Position numbers and translations under genes: made by a program. From assembly GCA_964418255.1 (NCBI GenBank), contig CAYQKV010000002.1, positions 108,421-172,420 on the forward strand: a DNA stretch of 64,000 nt. Direction: 5' to 3'. The notes under the pieces are model-generated. The model saw only the letters and a program-made list of their open reading frames with translations. It did not search any database and was not told where the DNA came from. This DNA is from an uncultured Christensenella sp. (GTDB taxonomy: Bacteria > Bacillota > Clostridia > Christensenellales > DTU072). How positions within the stretch are numbered: the first letter of the stretch is position 1; each line of letters starts with the position of its first letter. Of this stretch, positions 49,136 to 58,821 are shown piece by piece.

Positions 49136-50725
49136 ATGAAGAAAAAGTTACTGTTTTTAATTCTTGTCGCGCTTGTTGCGGCGATATTTACGGGTTGCGA
49201 AAAGACGTTCCCGTCCGATTTGTATATCGAGGCGACGGACGTAGTAAACGCGCCCGCAGGGGAGTATTATCTTCCTTATTCCGTCAATAATTTTTCCTCG
49301 TACGAAATGAAATACGATTTGTTCGTTTCGGTGAAGGCATACGTTTTGCCCGACAACACCCCTGTTACAGTCAACAATAACCGCTCGATAACGGTGGAAA
49401 AAGAAAAGACGTATTCGGTCGTAGTGCGGCTTTACGGCGCGGTTGACGGAAAAAATCTGAGTCAGACCAAGTCGTTTACCGTCGAAGCGGAAAAAGCGGA
49501 CAGAGTTATCACGTTTATGCACGAAGACAATACGGTCGTCAAAAAATTTATCGTGCCTTACGGCGGCAGTCTCGCTTTCGACGAGGTGCCCGAACTTCCC
49601 GACAGATACGAACTTTCTGACGAGAGCCATTATACGGAAATCGTTTCAAAACGTTGGGTCGTATACGAAAAAGTAGGGGAAAACACGGAAACGCGCGAAC
49701 TTATCGAAGAGTATCTTACAAACGTAACGGAAAATATTCCCGTGTACAGCGAGTACGTTTATTCTACAAAGCCTCTCGAATGTACGGTAAAGTTCGATAC
49801 CGACGGCGGTTCGGAAATTCCCGACTACCACGGCGATACCGACACGGTTATGCCCAAATCCGCTTCTCCCGTTAAAGACGGATATACGTTCGTAGGGTGG
49901 TGTACCGACGAAGAAAGAACGGAGTTTTATAACTGGGCGCAGAGCGTAAAATTGAAAAAAGATATGGTTTTATACGCCAAATGGGTAAAAAACACGGAAA
50001 ATGCAACGCCGAATTCGAATTTCAATTTTTATCTTTCCGAGGACAACTACGGGAACGAGTTTTATCTGATAGAAGCTAAGGACAAAGAAAATCTCGGCGG
50101 AATTCTCGTTTTGCCGAACAATTATCTCGGCTTGCCCGTAAGAGGAATGACCGAGCGCGCGTTTCAAGGGACGTCGATTACTTCGGTAATAATCCCCAAC
50201 TGCTACGTGCTCGATAATCAGAGAGGGTTCGCCGAATGCAGAAATCTGAAAACCGCTACGATAGAAGCGGGAGGCGTCACCGACACGATTGCGTCGGAAT
50301 TTTTCTATCAATGCACCGCGCTCGAATACGTCGATTTGCCCGACGGAATTAACATAATACGCCCCGGCGCGTTTACGAACTGCCTCTCTTTAAGGGAAAT
50401 AACTTTGCCTTCCTCGCTATATTTCATCAACAGTCGCGCGTTCGTCGGGTGTAAGGCCTTACGGCGGGTGGATATTCCCGATACCGTGACGGTAATAGGA
50501 GAAGAGGCATTTTCGGGATGCGCCGAACTTGCCGAACTCATAATAGGGGAAAAGAGTGGGATAAAAGCAATCGAAACAAACGCGCTTAAAGATACGAAAA
50601 TAACCGAAATAACCTTGCCGTATAAATGGAGTCTTGAGGAAAATCTGCCGATAGACGATAAGAATATCACCGTAAAGTTCTACCCCGACAGACAGGAAGA
50701 GGAAGAAGAGGGAACGGAAGAATAA
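49136..50725 (+). CDS. Lipoprotein with InlB-type repeat and LRR_5 repeats
   Basis: MKKKLLFLILVALVAAIFTGC; VKFDTDGGSEIPDYHG...GYTFVGWCTDEE; LPSSLYFINSRAFVGCKALRRVDIPDTVTVIGEEAFSGC. Confidence 0.85.
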   Translation: MKKKLLFLILVALVAAIFTGCEKTFPSDLYIEATDVVNAPAGEYYLPYSVNNFSSYEMKYDLFVSVKAYVLPDNTPVTVNNNRSITVEKEKTYSVVVRLYGAVDGKNLSQTKSFTVEAEKADRVITFMHEDNTVVKKFIVPYGGSLAFDEVPELPDRYELSDESHYTEIVSKRWVVYEKVGENTETRELIEEYLTNVTENIPVYSEYVYSTKPLECTVKFDTDGGSEIPDYHGDTDTVMPKSASPVKDGYTFVGWCTDEERTEFYNWAQSVKLKKDMVLYAKWVKNTENATPNSNFNFYLSEDNYGNEFYLIEAKDKENLGGILVLPNNYLGLPVRGMTERAFQGTSITSVIIPNCYVLDNQRGFAECRNLKTATIEAGGVTDTIASEFFYQCTALEYVDLPDGINIIRPGAFTNCLSLREITLPSSLYFINSRAFVGCKALRRVDIPDTVTVIGEEAFSGCAELAELIIGEKSGIKAIETNALKDTKITEITLPYKWSLEENLPIDDKNITVKFYPDRQEEEEEGTEE

Positions 50726-50747
50726 CGGGTTCATAGTATAAAAAAAT

Positions 50748-50785
50748 AACTGTTTCCGTGTGAAATGCGGAAACAGTTTTTCTAT
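50748..50785. terminator. Intrinsic terminator
   Basis: AACTGTTTCCG-tgtgaaatg-CGGAAACAGTTTTT. Confidence 0.7.
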
Positions 50786-50816
50786 TTTGTAAGGTTTTTG
50801 TTTAACGGGAATTCTT

Positions 50817-51113
50817 TTAGCCGAGTCTGTGGAGAAGAACCTGGAACACAAAGAAGAGAATGGAGAAGACGAGCATACTCGAAGCTACGATGATCGTCGC
50901 AAGTTTGAATTTGCCGTCTATGCTTCTCGATTTGTGTCTGCCGAAGAACGTGTCCGTTCCGCCGGTTATAGCGCTCATCCCGTTGTTATCGCTGCCGCGT
51001 TGCATAAGAACGATAACAATCATCGCTATGGCTGCGAGTACGAGCAGCACCATAAAAGCGATGCAAAATCCGAAATATACGTCCGCGGCAGTAGCCGCAA
51101 TCAAACCAAACAT
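50817..51113 (-). CDS. secG: Preprotein translocase subunit SecG
   Basis: VLLVLAAIAMIVIVLMQRGSDNNGMSAITGGTDTFFGRHKSRSIDGKFKLATIIVAS. Confidence 0.9.
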   Translation of the reverse strand: MFGLIAATAADVYFGFCIAFMVLLVLAAIAMIVIVLMQRGSDNNGMSAITGGTDTFFGRHKSRSIDGKFKLATIIVASSMLVFSILFFVFQVLLHRLG

Positions 51114-51228
51114 CTATCTAACTCCTTAAAGTAATAATTCGATATTGCTAAAACATTTTATCATAACTTACGCGCTATGACAAGCGTTTTTTGCGTTTTG
51201 GCGTAAATTTAAGTTTTTTACGCGTAAA

Positions 51229-52170
51229 TCAGTAGAACATAGTAACCACGTCTTCGGGCGCGGGCTCGGTCGCTTTTTCGAATTTCATAGCGAGAAGAAT
51301 GGGTCCTTCGCCGCCGTAAACCTTGTGCTTGTTTACGCATATCTTTGCCGTAAGATAGTACCACTGTCCCGTTGCAAACGAACGCGAACCGTTATGTTCG
51401 CATACCAAACCGCAGTATTTGGTATCCGCTTCGCAACAAGTCATTATGTGTCTTCCTACGACGACGGTGGTTTTTCCCAGGCTTCTGTCGTAAGCGGTTA
51501 CGCAAAGAAAGCGCACGGTTTTGCCGTGATAGGCTTTCATATTTTCCGTAAGTTCGCGGTAAAAGTACGCGTAGTCTCTGTCTTCGATTTCGATAATCGG
51601 CGCGTTTACGTCGAAGGGCAACGGGTCTTCTATGTCGTCGCGTTCGATTTCTTTACGTTCGTTTTCGTAAATTATGTCGTTGTTTCTCGAAATACCTCTG
51701 ACGATTTTATGATACGGCGTCTTGTCATCGCCGCTTTTGTAACGGTTGAAGACGATGAGGTCGGCGTACTGAATTTTATCGAAAACCAGTTGGCGCATAT
51801 TTGCGTTGTAAATGAGAATATTCGTACAGTCGAATATAGCCATAATCTGGCATACGACCCAGTTTTCGGGCATTGCGTCGAGGAAATCGCCGAGTTCCCA
51901 CATACCGTTGTATTCGACGAAAATACGCGTATAATCGCCGTCGGTTTCCGCTTTCGACATCTTTTCGAGCGTGATGAAATTTTTATCGAGGTGGAAAACG
52001 TCGGTGTTTTTCAACTTCTTTTCTTCGTATTCTTCCTCTCCGTCTTCGAAAACGAACAAAGCGGTCTTTTCGCCCGTGTCCAGCTCTTCGCTCGCAAGAG
52101 CGTTGGATATGAAAGTCGTCTTTCCCGCTTCGAGAAAACCGCAGAAAATGTAAACTCCTACTTCGTGCAT
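51229..52170 (-). CDS. CobW-like P-loop GTPase, diverged
   Basis: YIFCGFLEAGKTTFISNALAS Walker A; lacks the CxCC motif. Confidence 0.65.
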   Translation of the reverse strand: MHEVGVYIFCGFLEAGKTTFISNALASEELDTGEKTALFVFEDGEEEYEEKKLKNTDVFHLDKNFITLEKMSKAETDGDYTRIFVEYNGMWELGDFLDAMPENWVVCQIMAIFDCTNILIYNANMRQLVFDKIQYADLIVFNRYKSGDDKTPYHKIVRGISRNNDIIYENERKEIERDDIEDPLPFDVNAPIIEIEDRDYAYFYRELTENMKAYHGKTVRFLCVTAYDRSLGKTTVVVGRHIMTCCEADTKYCGLVCEHNGSRSFATGQWYYLTAKICVNKHKVYGGEGPILLAMKFEKATEPAPEDVVTMFY

Positions 52171-52179
52171 TTTTACCTC

Positions 52180-53304
52180 TTAAAGTCCGAAAAGTTCTCC
52201 GAGCGCGCTCTCGTTAAGTTTGCTTCCGATAACGCATATTTTACCGATTACGTCCGCGCTTCCGCTTCTTACGTCCGCGCCGTCGGGGATATAGTCGAAG
52301 TGTAACCACTCGTTTTCCCCGCGTACGATACCTTTCGCGCGGAGAACCGCTCCGAATTTTTCTTCGTCTCCCAAAGCGGAGAGAATCGCTTCAAGCCGCT
52401 CTTTCGTATAGGTCGCCGTCGTTTCTTTCCCCCACGAAACGAAAACTTCGTCCGCGTCGTGTCCGTGATGATGGTGATGACAGCAGTGTTCGTGTTCATC
52501 TTCCTCGTCGTGGTGATGACAGCAATGTTCGTGCTCGTCGTCCTCGTCGTGGTGATGGTGGCAGTGTTCGTGCTCATCTTCCTCGTCGTGGTGATGGTGG
52601 CAGTGTTCGTGCTCATCTTCCTCGTCGTGGTGATGACAGCAGTGCTCGTCTTCTTCGTCGTGATGATGGCAATGTTCGTGTTCGGAGAGGAGTTCGTCTG
52701 CCATTTTTTTTGCGGAAGAACGGCTTTCCATTGCGGCAAGGACGGTTTTTCCGTCGAGTTCGCTCAAAGGAGAGGCGATAACGGACGCGTTGGGGTTATG
52801 CTCTTTTACGAACGCGAGACATTCCGCGGTTTTCGTTTCGGTCGCGTCGTCGGTGTGGCTAAGCACCACGCAGTCGGCGTTTTCAAGTTGGTCGAGGAAG
52901 AATTCGCCGAAGTTTTTCGCGTACATAAGGCATTTTTTGACGTTCACGACGGTAGTTTTCGTGTTAATAGGCGCGTTGTCGAGACCTCTTTCCACGGCTT
53001 TTTCCACGTCGCTCAGTTTGCCTACTCCCGACGGTTCGATTATTATACGGTCGGGCGAATAGTCCTCGGTTACTTTTTTGAGGGCTTTTGCGAAATCGCC
53101 GACAAGGCTGCAACAAATGCAACCGCTGTTCATTTCCGTGATTTCCACGCCCGCGTCGCGTAAGAAACCGCCGTCTACGCCGATTTCTCCGAATTCGTTT
53201 TCTATAAGGACGACTTTTTCGCCTTTATAGGCTTCTTTTATCAGTTTTTTGATTAAAGTGGTCTTTCCCGCTCCGAGAAAGCCCGAAAAAATATCTATTT
53301 TCAT
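52180..53304 (-). CDS. CobW/COG0523-family GTPase metallochaperone with long His/Cys/acidic insert
   Basis: MKIDIFSGFLGAGKTTLIKKL, GCICCSL (CxCC), insert CHHHDEEDEHCCHHHDEEDEHEHCHHHH..., C-terminal CobW_C region. Confidence 0.9.
   Translation of the reverse strand: MKIDIFSGFLGAGKTTLIKKLIKEAYKGEKVVLIENEFGEIGVDGGFLRDAGVEITEMNSGCICCSLVGDFAKALKKVTEDYSPDRIIIEPSGVGKLSDVEKAVERGLDNAPINTKTTVVNVKKCLMYAKNFGEFFLDQLENADCVVLSHTDDATETKTAECLAFVKEHNPNASVIASPLSELDGKTVLAAMESRSSAKKMADELLSEHEHCHHHDEEDEHCCHHHDEEDEHEHCHHHHDEEDEHEHCHHHHDEDDEHEHCCHHHDEEDEHEHCCHHHHHGHDADEVFVSWGKETTATYTKERLEAILSALGDEEKFGAVLRAKGIVRGENEWLHFDYIPDGADVRSGSADVIGKICVIGSKLNESALGELFGL
52490..52665 (-). repeat. 39-bp tandem repeat inside the CobW coding sequence
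   Basis: 13-aa unit (C/C)(C/H)HHHDEEDEHEH repeated about 5 times. Confidence 0.8.
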
Positions 53305-53375
53305 TTTCCGTAAACCTCCGTTAAAGAAAATTTTTTGAGTTTTGTATTTTTTTGCCGCTTTGCGCAAAACTATCG

Positions 53376-54047
53376 TCAGTCGAAGTCCGCGCTTTGCGAC
53401 GGTTTGAGTATCAGAGTTTTCCCTTTTACGAGGGAGGCGAAACGCTCCGCGTCCGCTTTAATCGGCGGAAACGTGTCGTAGTGAATGGGAATGACGGTAT
53501 CGAACGAGAAATATTCGTTGCAGACAAACGCCGCTTTTTCTTCGTTCATAGTAAACCTGCCGCCTATGGGCACGAGCCCTATCGTCGGACGGTGGAAGCG
53601 GTTTATTAACGCCATATCGCCGAAAGCGTCGGTGTCGCCGAAGTGGTAGACCGTGTTATTACCCATTTTTATCACGAAACCGCCCGCTTCTCCGAGGTAA
53701 ACGCCCTTGTCCGAAGAGCTGTGAACGGCGGGGACGAGGGAAAAAGAGACGTCTCCGAAGTCGAGCGTGCCGCCGAAATTCATTCCGTAAGTATTGGTAA
53801 AGCCGTGGGAAGAGAGGTAAGAGCAGAGTTCGACTATGCCGACTATTACGGTGTTTTTGCCCGCTATCGAAGTAAGCGCGGCGGTGTGGTCGTCGTGTCC
53901 GTGAGTGAGAGCGATATAGTCGGGGTGTAAAAAGTTTGGATATTCCCGCATAACCGCGTCGAGGTTGGACGTAAACGGGTCGATAACCACCGTCGTTCCG
54001 TTATGTTCGAGCATTACGCAGGCGTGTTCTATAAAAGTAAGTTTCAT
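53376..54047 (-). CDS. UPF0173-type metal-dependent hydrolase
   Basis: MKLTFIEHACVMLEHNGTTVVIDPF, LTHGHDDHTAA, HFGDTDAFGDM, PIHYDTF. Confidence 0.85.
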   Translation of the reverse strand: MKLTFIEHACVMLEHNGTTVVIDPFTSNLDAVMREYPNFLHPDYIALTHGHDDHTAALTSIAGKNTVIVGIVELCSYLSSHGFTNTYGMNFGGTLDFGDVSFSLVPAVHSSSDKGVYLGEAGGFVIKMGNNTVYHFGDTDAFGDMALINRFHRPTIGLVPIGGRFTMNEEKAAFVCNEYFSFDTVIPIHYDTFPPIKADAERFASLVKGKTLILKPSQSADFD

Positions 54048-54178
54048 AATCGATAATCTCCGAAACGGTTATATTATATTAGTATACCATATAACCGAAC
54101 GGATTACAAACGAAAGGGAACAATGAATTATGCGTTCAAACGCAATTTGTCCGAACCGCAAATCAAAAAGTATATCGA

Positions 54179-55063
54179 TTAGTTAGCAGATTTATCGTTT
54201 TGTTTTTTTTGCGCTTTTTTCAATTTGATTTTTACGGCGAGAGGGTGGAACATATCGCAGAGTTCGTCTTCGTCGGGTTCGCCCTTAATCAAAGCGAGTT
54301 TTCCGTTCTCGTTCCGTTTCAGACGGGAAATAAGGAAAGAAGAGCGGTTGAGGATTACAAGCCCCACGCCGAAAATGGTCGGCCACAGCAAAATCCACCA
54401 CCACTGATGAAAGGTCGCGTCGTCGTAGAAAAAGAACGGGTTTGCAACGCCGTACATTCCCGCGTTCAACAATCCTTGTTCTCCGCCGTATACGGATTTC
54501 ATAATAATTCCGAAAATTTTGTCTGTAAGATAAAATATCGTCGGCGGGACGATGCCCAACGTGCCGTAGATTTTGCGCGTTTTTCCTTTTTCTTCGAACA
54601 AGACGTACATAATAACGTACAAAACGGGGCACAGGAAGAAGGACAGGAATATTTTTAAGTCAAGCCAATATCCTGCCGTCGCGATGGCGGGGTAGATACT
54701 GCCGTACGCCGTGGACGAAGTCAGGCGATAATTTCCTATTCTGTCGATAAAGAACGAACCGCAGATAAAGCAAAACAGCATACTGCTTAAAGCGCAGAAT
54801 TTAAGGAAGGAAAATTTCTTCGTATAGGTTGAAAACTCTCCGCTTTTGTAAATTTTCACGTCTTCGACAAGCGCGCCCGCCGTGCAGACGATAGACATAA
54901 TCAATGCCCAGACGAAATAGTTCGTGAAAAAGTACGCGTCGAATCCGCTCGGTTCGCTTCCCCCTCCGATAGACAAAAATCCGAGGTTTGCCAAAAGCCC
55001 TACGCACGCGATAACAAGATACGCGGTGCGGAAAATTATTTCTTTTATAAGTCTGTTTTGCAT
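54179..55063 (-). CDS. Polytopic membrane protein, hypothetical
   Basis: Several TM segments; no confident family. Confidence 0.55.
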   Translation of the reverse strand: MQNRLIKEIIFRTAYLVIACVGLLANLGFLSIGGGSEPSGFDAYFFTNYFVWALIMSIVCTAGALVEDVKIYKSGEFSTYTKKFSFLKFCALSSMLFCFICGSFFIDRIGNYRLTSSTAYGSIYPAIATAGYWLDLKIFLSFFLCPVLYVIMYVLFEEKGKTRKIYGTLGIVPPTIFYLTDKIFGIIMKSVYGGEQGLLNAGMYGVANPFFFYDDATFHQWWWILLWPTIFGVGLVILNRSSFLISRLKRNENGKLALIKGEPDEDELCDMFHPLAVKIKLKKAQKKQNDKSAN

Positions 55064-55315
55064 TAGTGAATTAGTGCCCCTTTCTTTTTTTACCGTAAGT
55101 TCTTTACGGTTTTTTACATTATATCAGAAAGTCGTATCGTTGTAAAGACCGAACGCAATAAACGGTTCTAAATATATATGCGTGCGTTTTAGGCGGTTTT
55201 ATTAGAAATAACGACGCCGAGCGGAAACTTGTCCCGGTTTGAGTTGCGTTTTTTTTCAGTTCTGATATAATAGTTCTATTATAATAGTGTAGAGCGCAAA
55301 GCCGAACTAAGGAGA

Positions 55316-56467
55316 ATGAAATTGAGTAAAGTATTTGATTTGATTAAAAAAGAAGAAGAACGCCAGAGCCGAAACATAGAACTTATCGCGAGCGAAAATT
55401 TTTGCAGCGAAGACATTATGAAAGCGGTGGGCAGTTGCCTTACGAATAAATACAGCGAAGGGTATCCGGGTAAAAGATATTACGGCGGGTGCGAAGTCGT
55501 AGACGAGATAGAGACATATTGTATAGAGATGTGGCAAAAAGTGTTCAATACCGATTACCACGTCAACGTCCAGCCCCACAGCGGTTCGAGCGCGAACCTT
55601 GCTTCTTACCAGGCGATTCTTGTTCCCGGAGACAAGGTTCTCAGTATGGAACTTAACAACGGCAGTCATCTTACCCACGGTTCGGCGGTAAACGCGAGCG
55701 GAAAACTCTATAACTTTTCTTTTTACGGAGTGGACGAAAGAGGTTATATCGATTACGAAGACGCGAGAAAGAAAGCTCTCGAAATCCGTCCGAAACTCAT
55801 AGTGGCGGGCGCGAGCGCGTATTCGAGAATAATCGATTTCGCCAAATTTTCCGAGATAGCGAAAGAAGCCGGCGCGCTTCTTATGGTAGACATCGCGCAT
55901 ATAGCCGGACTTGTCGCTACGGGTTATCATCCTACGCCGTTCGGGTATGCCGATATAGTAACTACGACTACGCATAAGACGCTGAGAGGACCGAGAGGCG
56001 GTTTGATTTTCTGTAAGGAAGAACTTGCCAAAAAAATCGACTCGGCAATCTTCCCGGGAACGCAGGGCGGACCTTTGCAACACGTTATCGCAGGCAAAGC
56101 AATCGCCGCGGAAGAAGCGTTGACACCCGAGTACAAGGAGTATATAGGAAAGGTAGTCGAAAGCTGTCGCGTTATGGCGGAGGAGTTCGTAAAAATGGGC
56201 TATAAGGTCGTCACGGGCGGCACCGACAACCATCTTTTCCTTGTGGACTTGACGGACAAAGGAGTAAGCGGAAAACAGGTGCAGGAGGCTTGCGACGCAG
56301 TCGGTATAACCCTCAACAAAAATTGCGTGCCCAACGAAACCCGTTCTCCTATGCAGACGAGCGGCGTGAGAATAGGCACCGCGGCAATGACAACAAAAGG
56401 CTTTACCGCAAAAGATTTTGTCGAAACCGCTCATAAAATCGATAAAGTTATTAAAAATATTTTATAA
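55316..56467 (+). CDS. glyA: Serine hydroxymethyltransferase
   Basis: [67 protein letters not shown]. Confidence 0.95.
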   Translation: MKLSKVFDLIKKEEERQSRNIELIASENFCSEDIMKAVGSCLTNKYSEGYPGKRYYGGCEVVDEIETYCIEMWQKVFNTDYHVNVQPHSGSSANLASYQAILVPGDKVLSMELNNGSHLTHGSAVNASGKLYNFSFYGVDERGYIDYEDARKKALEIRPKLIVAGASAYSRIIDFAKFSEIAKEAGALLMVDIAHIAGLVATGYHPTPFGYADIVTTTTHKTLRGPRGGLIFCKEELAKKIDSAIFPGTQGGPLQHVIAGKAIAAEEALTPEYKEYIGKVVESCRVMAEEFVKMGYKVVTGGTDNHLFLVDLTDKGVSGKQVQEACDAVGITLNKNCVPNETRSPMQTSGVRIGTAAMTTKGFTAKDFVETAHKIDKVIKNIL

Positions 56468-56476
56468 ATTTAGATT

Positions 56477-57153
56477 GCGAGAGAGGAAAACTTTTTAGAC
56501 TACACCCGACCAAACGTTATGCGGAAAATCGCTCGCGGTCGGCATTTAGCCGACGCGCGGACGATTTTTTTAATCCGCATAAGTCGGACTACCAAGGAAG
56601 CAAAATGACACATTTTGCTTATTATGTAAGTTCGCAAGGGGTTTACTCCCCTTGCTTATCCCCATAAGGGCGACACTCTCGGTACACGCCCGTTCGTGTC
56701 GATTATCTCCGACCACACGTTATGCGGAAAATCGCTCGCGGTCGGCATTCAGCCGACGCGCGGACGATTTTTTTAATCCGCATAAGTCGGACTACCAAGG
56801 AAGCAAAATGACACATTTTGCTTATTATGTAAGTTCGCAAGGGGTTTACTCCCCTTGCTTATCCCCATAAGGGCGACACTCTCGGTACACGCCCGTTCGT
56901 GTCGATTATCTCCGACCACACGTTATGCGGAAAATCGCTCGCGGTCGGCATTTAGTCGACGCGCGGACGATTTTTTTTATCCGCATAAGTCGGACTTCCA
57001 AGGAAGCAAAATGACACATTTTGCTTGTTATTTAAGTTCGTAAGGGGTTCACTCCCCTTACTTATCCCCATAAGGGCGACACTCTCGGTACACGCCCGTT
57101 CGTGTCGAATATATAAGTTTCTTCTCCCTCGCGCTCCCTCTTTACAAAAACTT
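56477..57153 (-). repeat. Composite element: TIRs enclosing three tandem structured units (copies C2a-c)
   Basis: Left GCGAGAGAGGAAAACTTTTTAGACTACACCCGACC; right GTGTCGAATATATAAGTTTCTTCTCCCTCGCGCTCCCTCTTTACAAAAAC; internal period 203 bp (56507, 56710, 56913). Confidence 0.85.
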
Positions 57154-57235
57154 TCCTTATTTATGTATTTAATCTTTCCCTTACATTAAGTGTAAACTTA
57201 AATGGATGGAAAAGAAAAAGGAATAAAATAAATTC

Positions 57236-57426
57236 AAAAAGTGGAAAGCACATTTTTCACTTTTTGCCCTTACAGGGGTCGAGCAGGGGAATATCCCCTG
57301 CGAACTGTGGATATAAGGAAGTCGGTACGACTTTCTTCCTTATAAGTCCGCCTTACACGGAAATAAATTTTATCCGCACAAAGGTTTTACCGATTGCGGT
57401 AAAATTCCGTGTAACGTTTGGTCGGA
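57236..57426 (+). repeat. Structured intergenic element, copy R4
   Basis: AAAAAGTGGAAA...TTTTTCACTTTTTGCCCTTACAGGGG...TATAAGGAAG...CTTCCTTATA...TTACACGGA...TTCCGTGTAACGTTTGGTCGGA. Confidence 0.8.
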
Positions 57427-57544
57427 AGCCTGCCGCCGTTTGGTTGGAAGCTTGCCTTGACTATTTTAGTTATAATGTAGTATACTTTATTTAAGGTAGA
57501 TGTTTACCTAAAATATATTTTGTCATATTAGGAGGATAGTTATT

Positions 57545-58018
57545 ATGACTGTATTAAGCGGTTTGGCGGCGATGCAACCGTGGCTTATGTGGCTTATAAT
57601 CATACTTGCGGCGGTAATCGTTTTCGGCGTTATTATGCACTTTATCAACCGTTCGTTCCGCATCAAGTACGATTTGAACCTTTTCGGCGGCGGCTTGCTT
57701 ATGGCTATCGCGCTTGCAAGCGCGGTCGGCGGCTTTTTCTTGGTTAAAGGAGAATCTAAAATCGGATACGCGCTGTTTGCGCTTACGGCGATACTTATTA
57801 TCGTGACGCTTATTTACGACGTAAAAAAATGCGGAGGAATGGGCGTCGTAGCTCTTATATGTCAAATTCTCTTCTCGGTAGGTTCGATTTTATTGATATT
57901 CGATTTCTTCGGGAATAAATCCCGTTCGTCGGTCTCGCACTCGATTCGCGAGGACAGAATCGTTAGAAGAGAACGTGAAAGAAGAGGATATAACGACCGC
58001 GACCGCGGATATTATTGA
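57545..58018 (+). CDS. Small membrane protein, hypothetical
   Basis: Four hydrophobic segments, basic C-terminus. Confidence 0.6.
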   Translation: MTVLSGLAAMQPWLMWLIIILAAVIVFGVIMHFINRSFRIKYDLNLFGGGLLMAIALASAVGGFFLVKGESKIGYALFALTAILIIVTLIYDVKKCGGMGVVALICQILFSVGSILLIFDFFGNKSRSSVSHSIREDRIVRRERERRGYNDRDRGYY

Positions 58019-58036
58019 TAACGCGGTAAAAAGCAT

Positions 58037-58765
58037 ATGAGAAACGACAGGTTAGAAGCCAAATTCAGAGCTAAAAAAGAAGTACGAGGGAATTGGGTAG
58101 CGCTGTTTTTTACGAGCGTGCTTATAGGACTGCCGAGTTCGGTAATCGACGCGGTTGCCGCGGCGATGCAAAGGAACGTAGGGAACGGAGCGGAATATGC
58201 GCTTATAGGCGCAATTCTCGGAGTGATAGGTTTTGTCGTTGCGATTTTGCTCTTTCCCGCTTCCGCCGCGCTGAATAAGAAATATCTTGCTGTGGCGAGA
58301 GGGGAAGACAGAAGAAACACGTCCGTTTTGTGCTATTACAGAGAACGCGACTGGTCGGAAAAAGTCAAAGCGTATTTTCTCGTAATGCTGTATACTACGC
58401 TCGGACTTATTTTGTGCGTCATTCCCGGAATAATCATAGCGATAAAATATTCTATGCTCGGATACGTTTTCGCGGACAATCCGAATATCGGATACCGCGA
58501 CGCGATGGATAAATGCAAAGAGCTTACTGCGGGAAGAACGTGGGAAATTTTCGTTTTTCATCTCAGTTTTATCGGTTGGCACCTGCTTTCCGTGCTCACG
58601 TTCGGCATTCTCGAAATATGGGTCATTCCGTACGAAAATACCGCGTTTGCCGCATGGTACGATTTGAACAGACCCGTCGAAGATGATTTTGCTTCGGGCG
58701 AAACGGATGAACTTTTTCAATCGGGGACTTCCGATTTTTACGAAAATACAAATACGTTGTTTTGA
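58037..58765 (+). CDS. DUF975-like membrane protein
   Basis: RLEAKFRAKKEVRGNWVALFFTSVLIGLP..., LILCVIPGIIIAIKYSMLGYVFADNPNIGYRDAMDKCKELTAGRTWEIFVFHLSFIGW. Confidence 0.65.
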   Translation: MRNDRLEAKFRAKKEVRGNWVALFFTSVLIGLPSSVIDAVAAAMQRNVGNGAEYALIGAILGVIGFVVAILLFPASAALNKKYLAVARGEDRRNTSVLCYYRERDWSEKVKAYFLVMLYTTLGLILCVIPGIIIAIKYSMLGYVFADNPNIGYRDAMDKCKELTAGRTWEIFVFHLSFIGWHLLSVLTFGILEIWVIPYENTAFAAWYDLNRPVEDDFASGETDELFQSGTSDFYENTNTLF

Positions 58766-58821
58766 TAATTACGCCGATTTGCGCTTGGTTTTCGCGGTGC
58801 AGAAAAGGCGCGGAGAAAAAT

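Noticed and set aside
52490-52665. Possible noncoding tandem repeat or CRISPR
   Set aside because: The 39-bp period stays in the CobW frame and encodes a metal-binding repeat; alternate-frame ORFs 52269-52739 and 52459-53163 are by-products.
55145-55315. Possible glycine or other riboswitch upstream of glyA
   Set aside because: No conserved glycine, THF or SAM riboswitch core could be found in the leader.
56507-57112. Possible CRISPR array because of evenly spaced repeats
   Set aside because: The whole 203 bp unit repeats, there are no unique spacers, and no cas genes are nearby.
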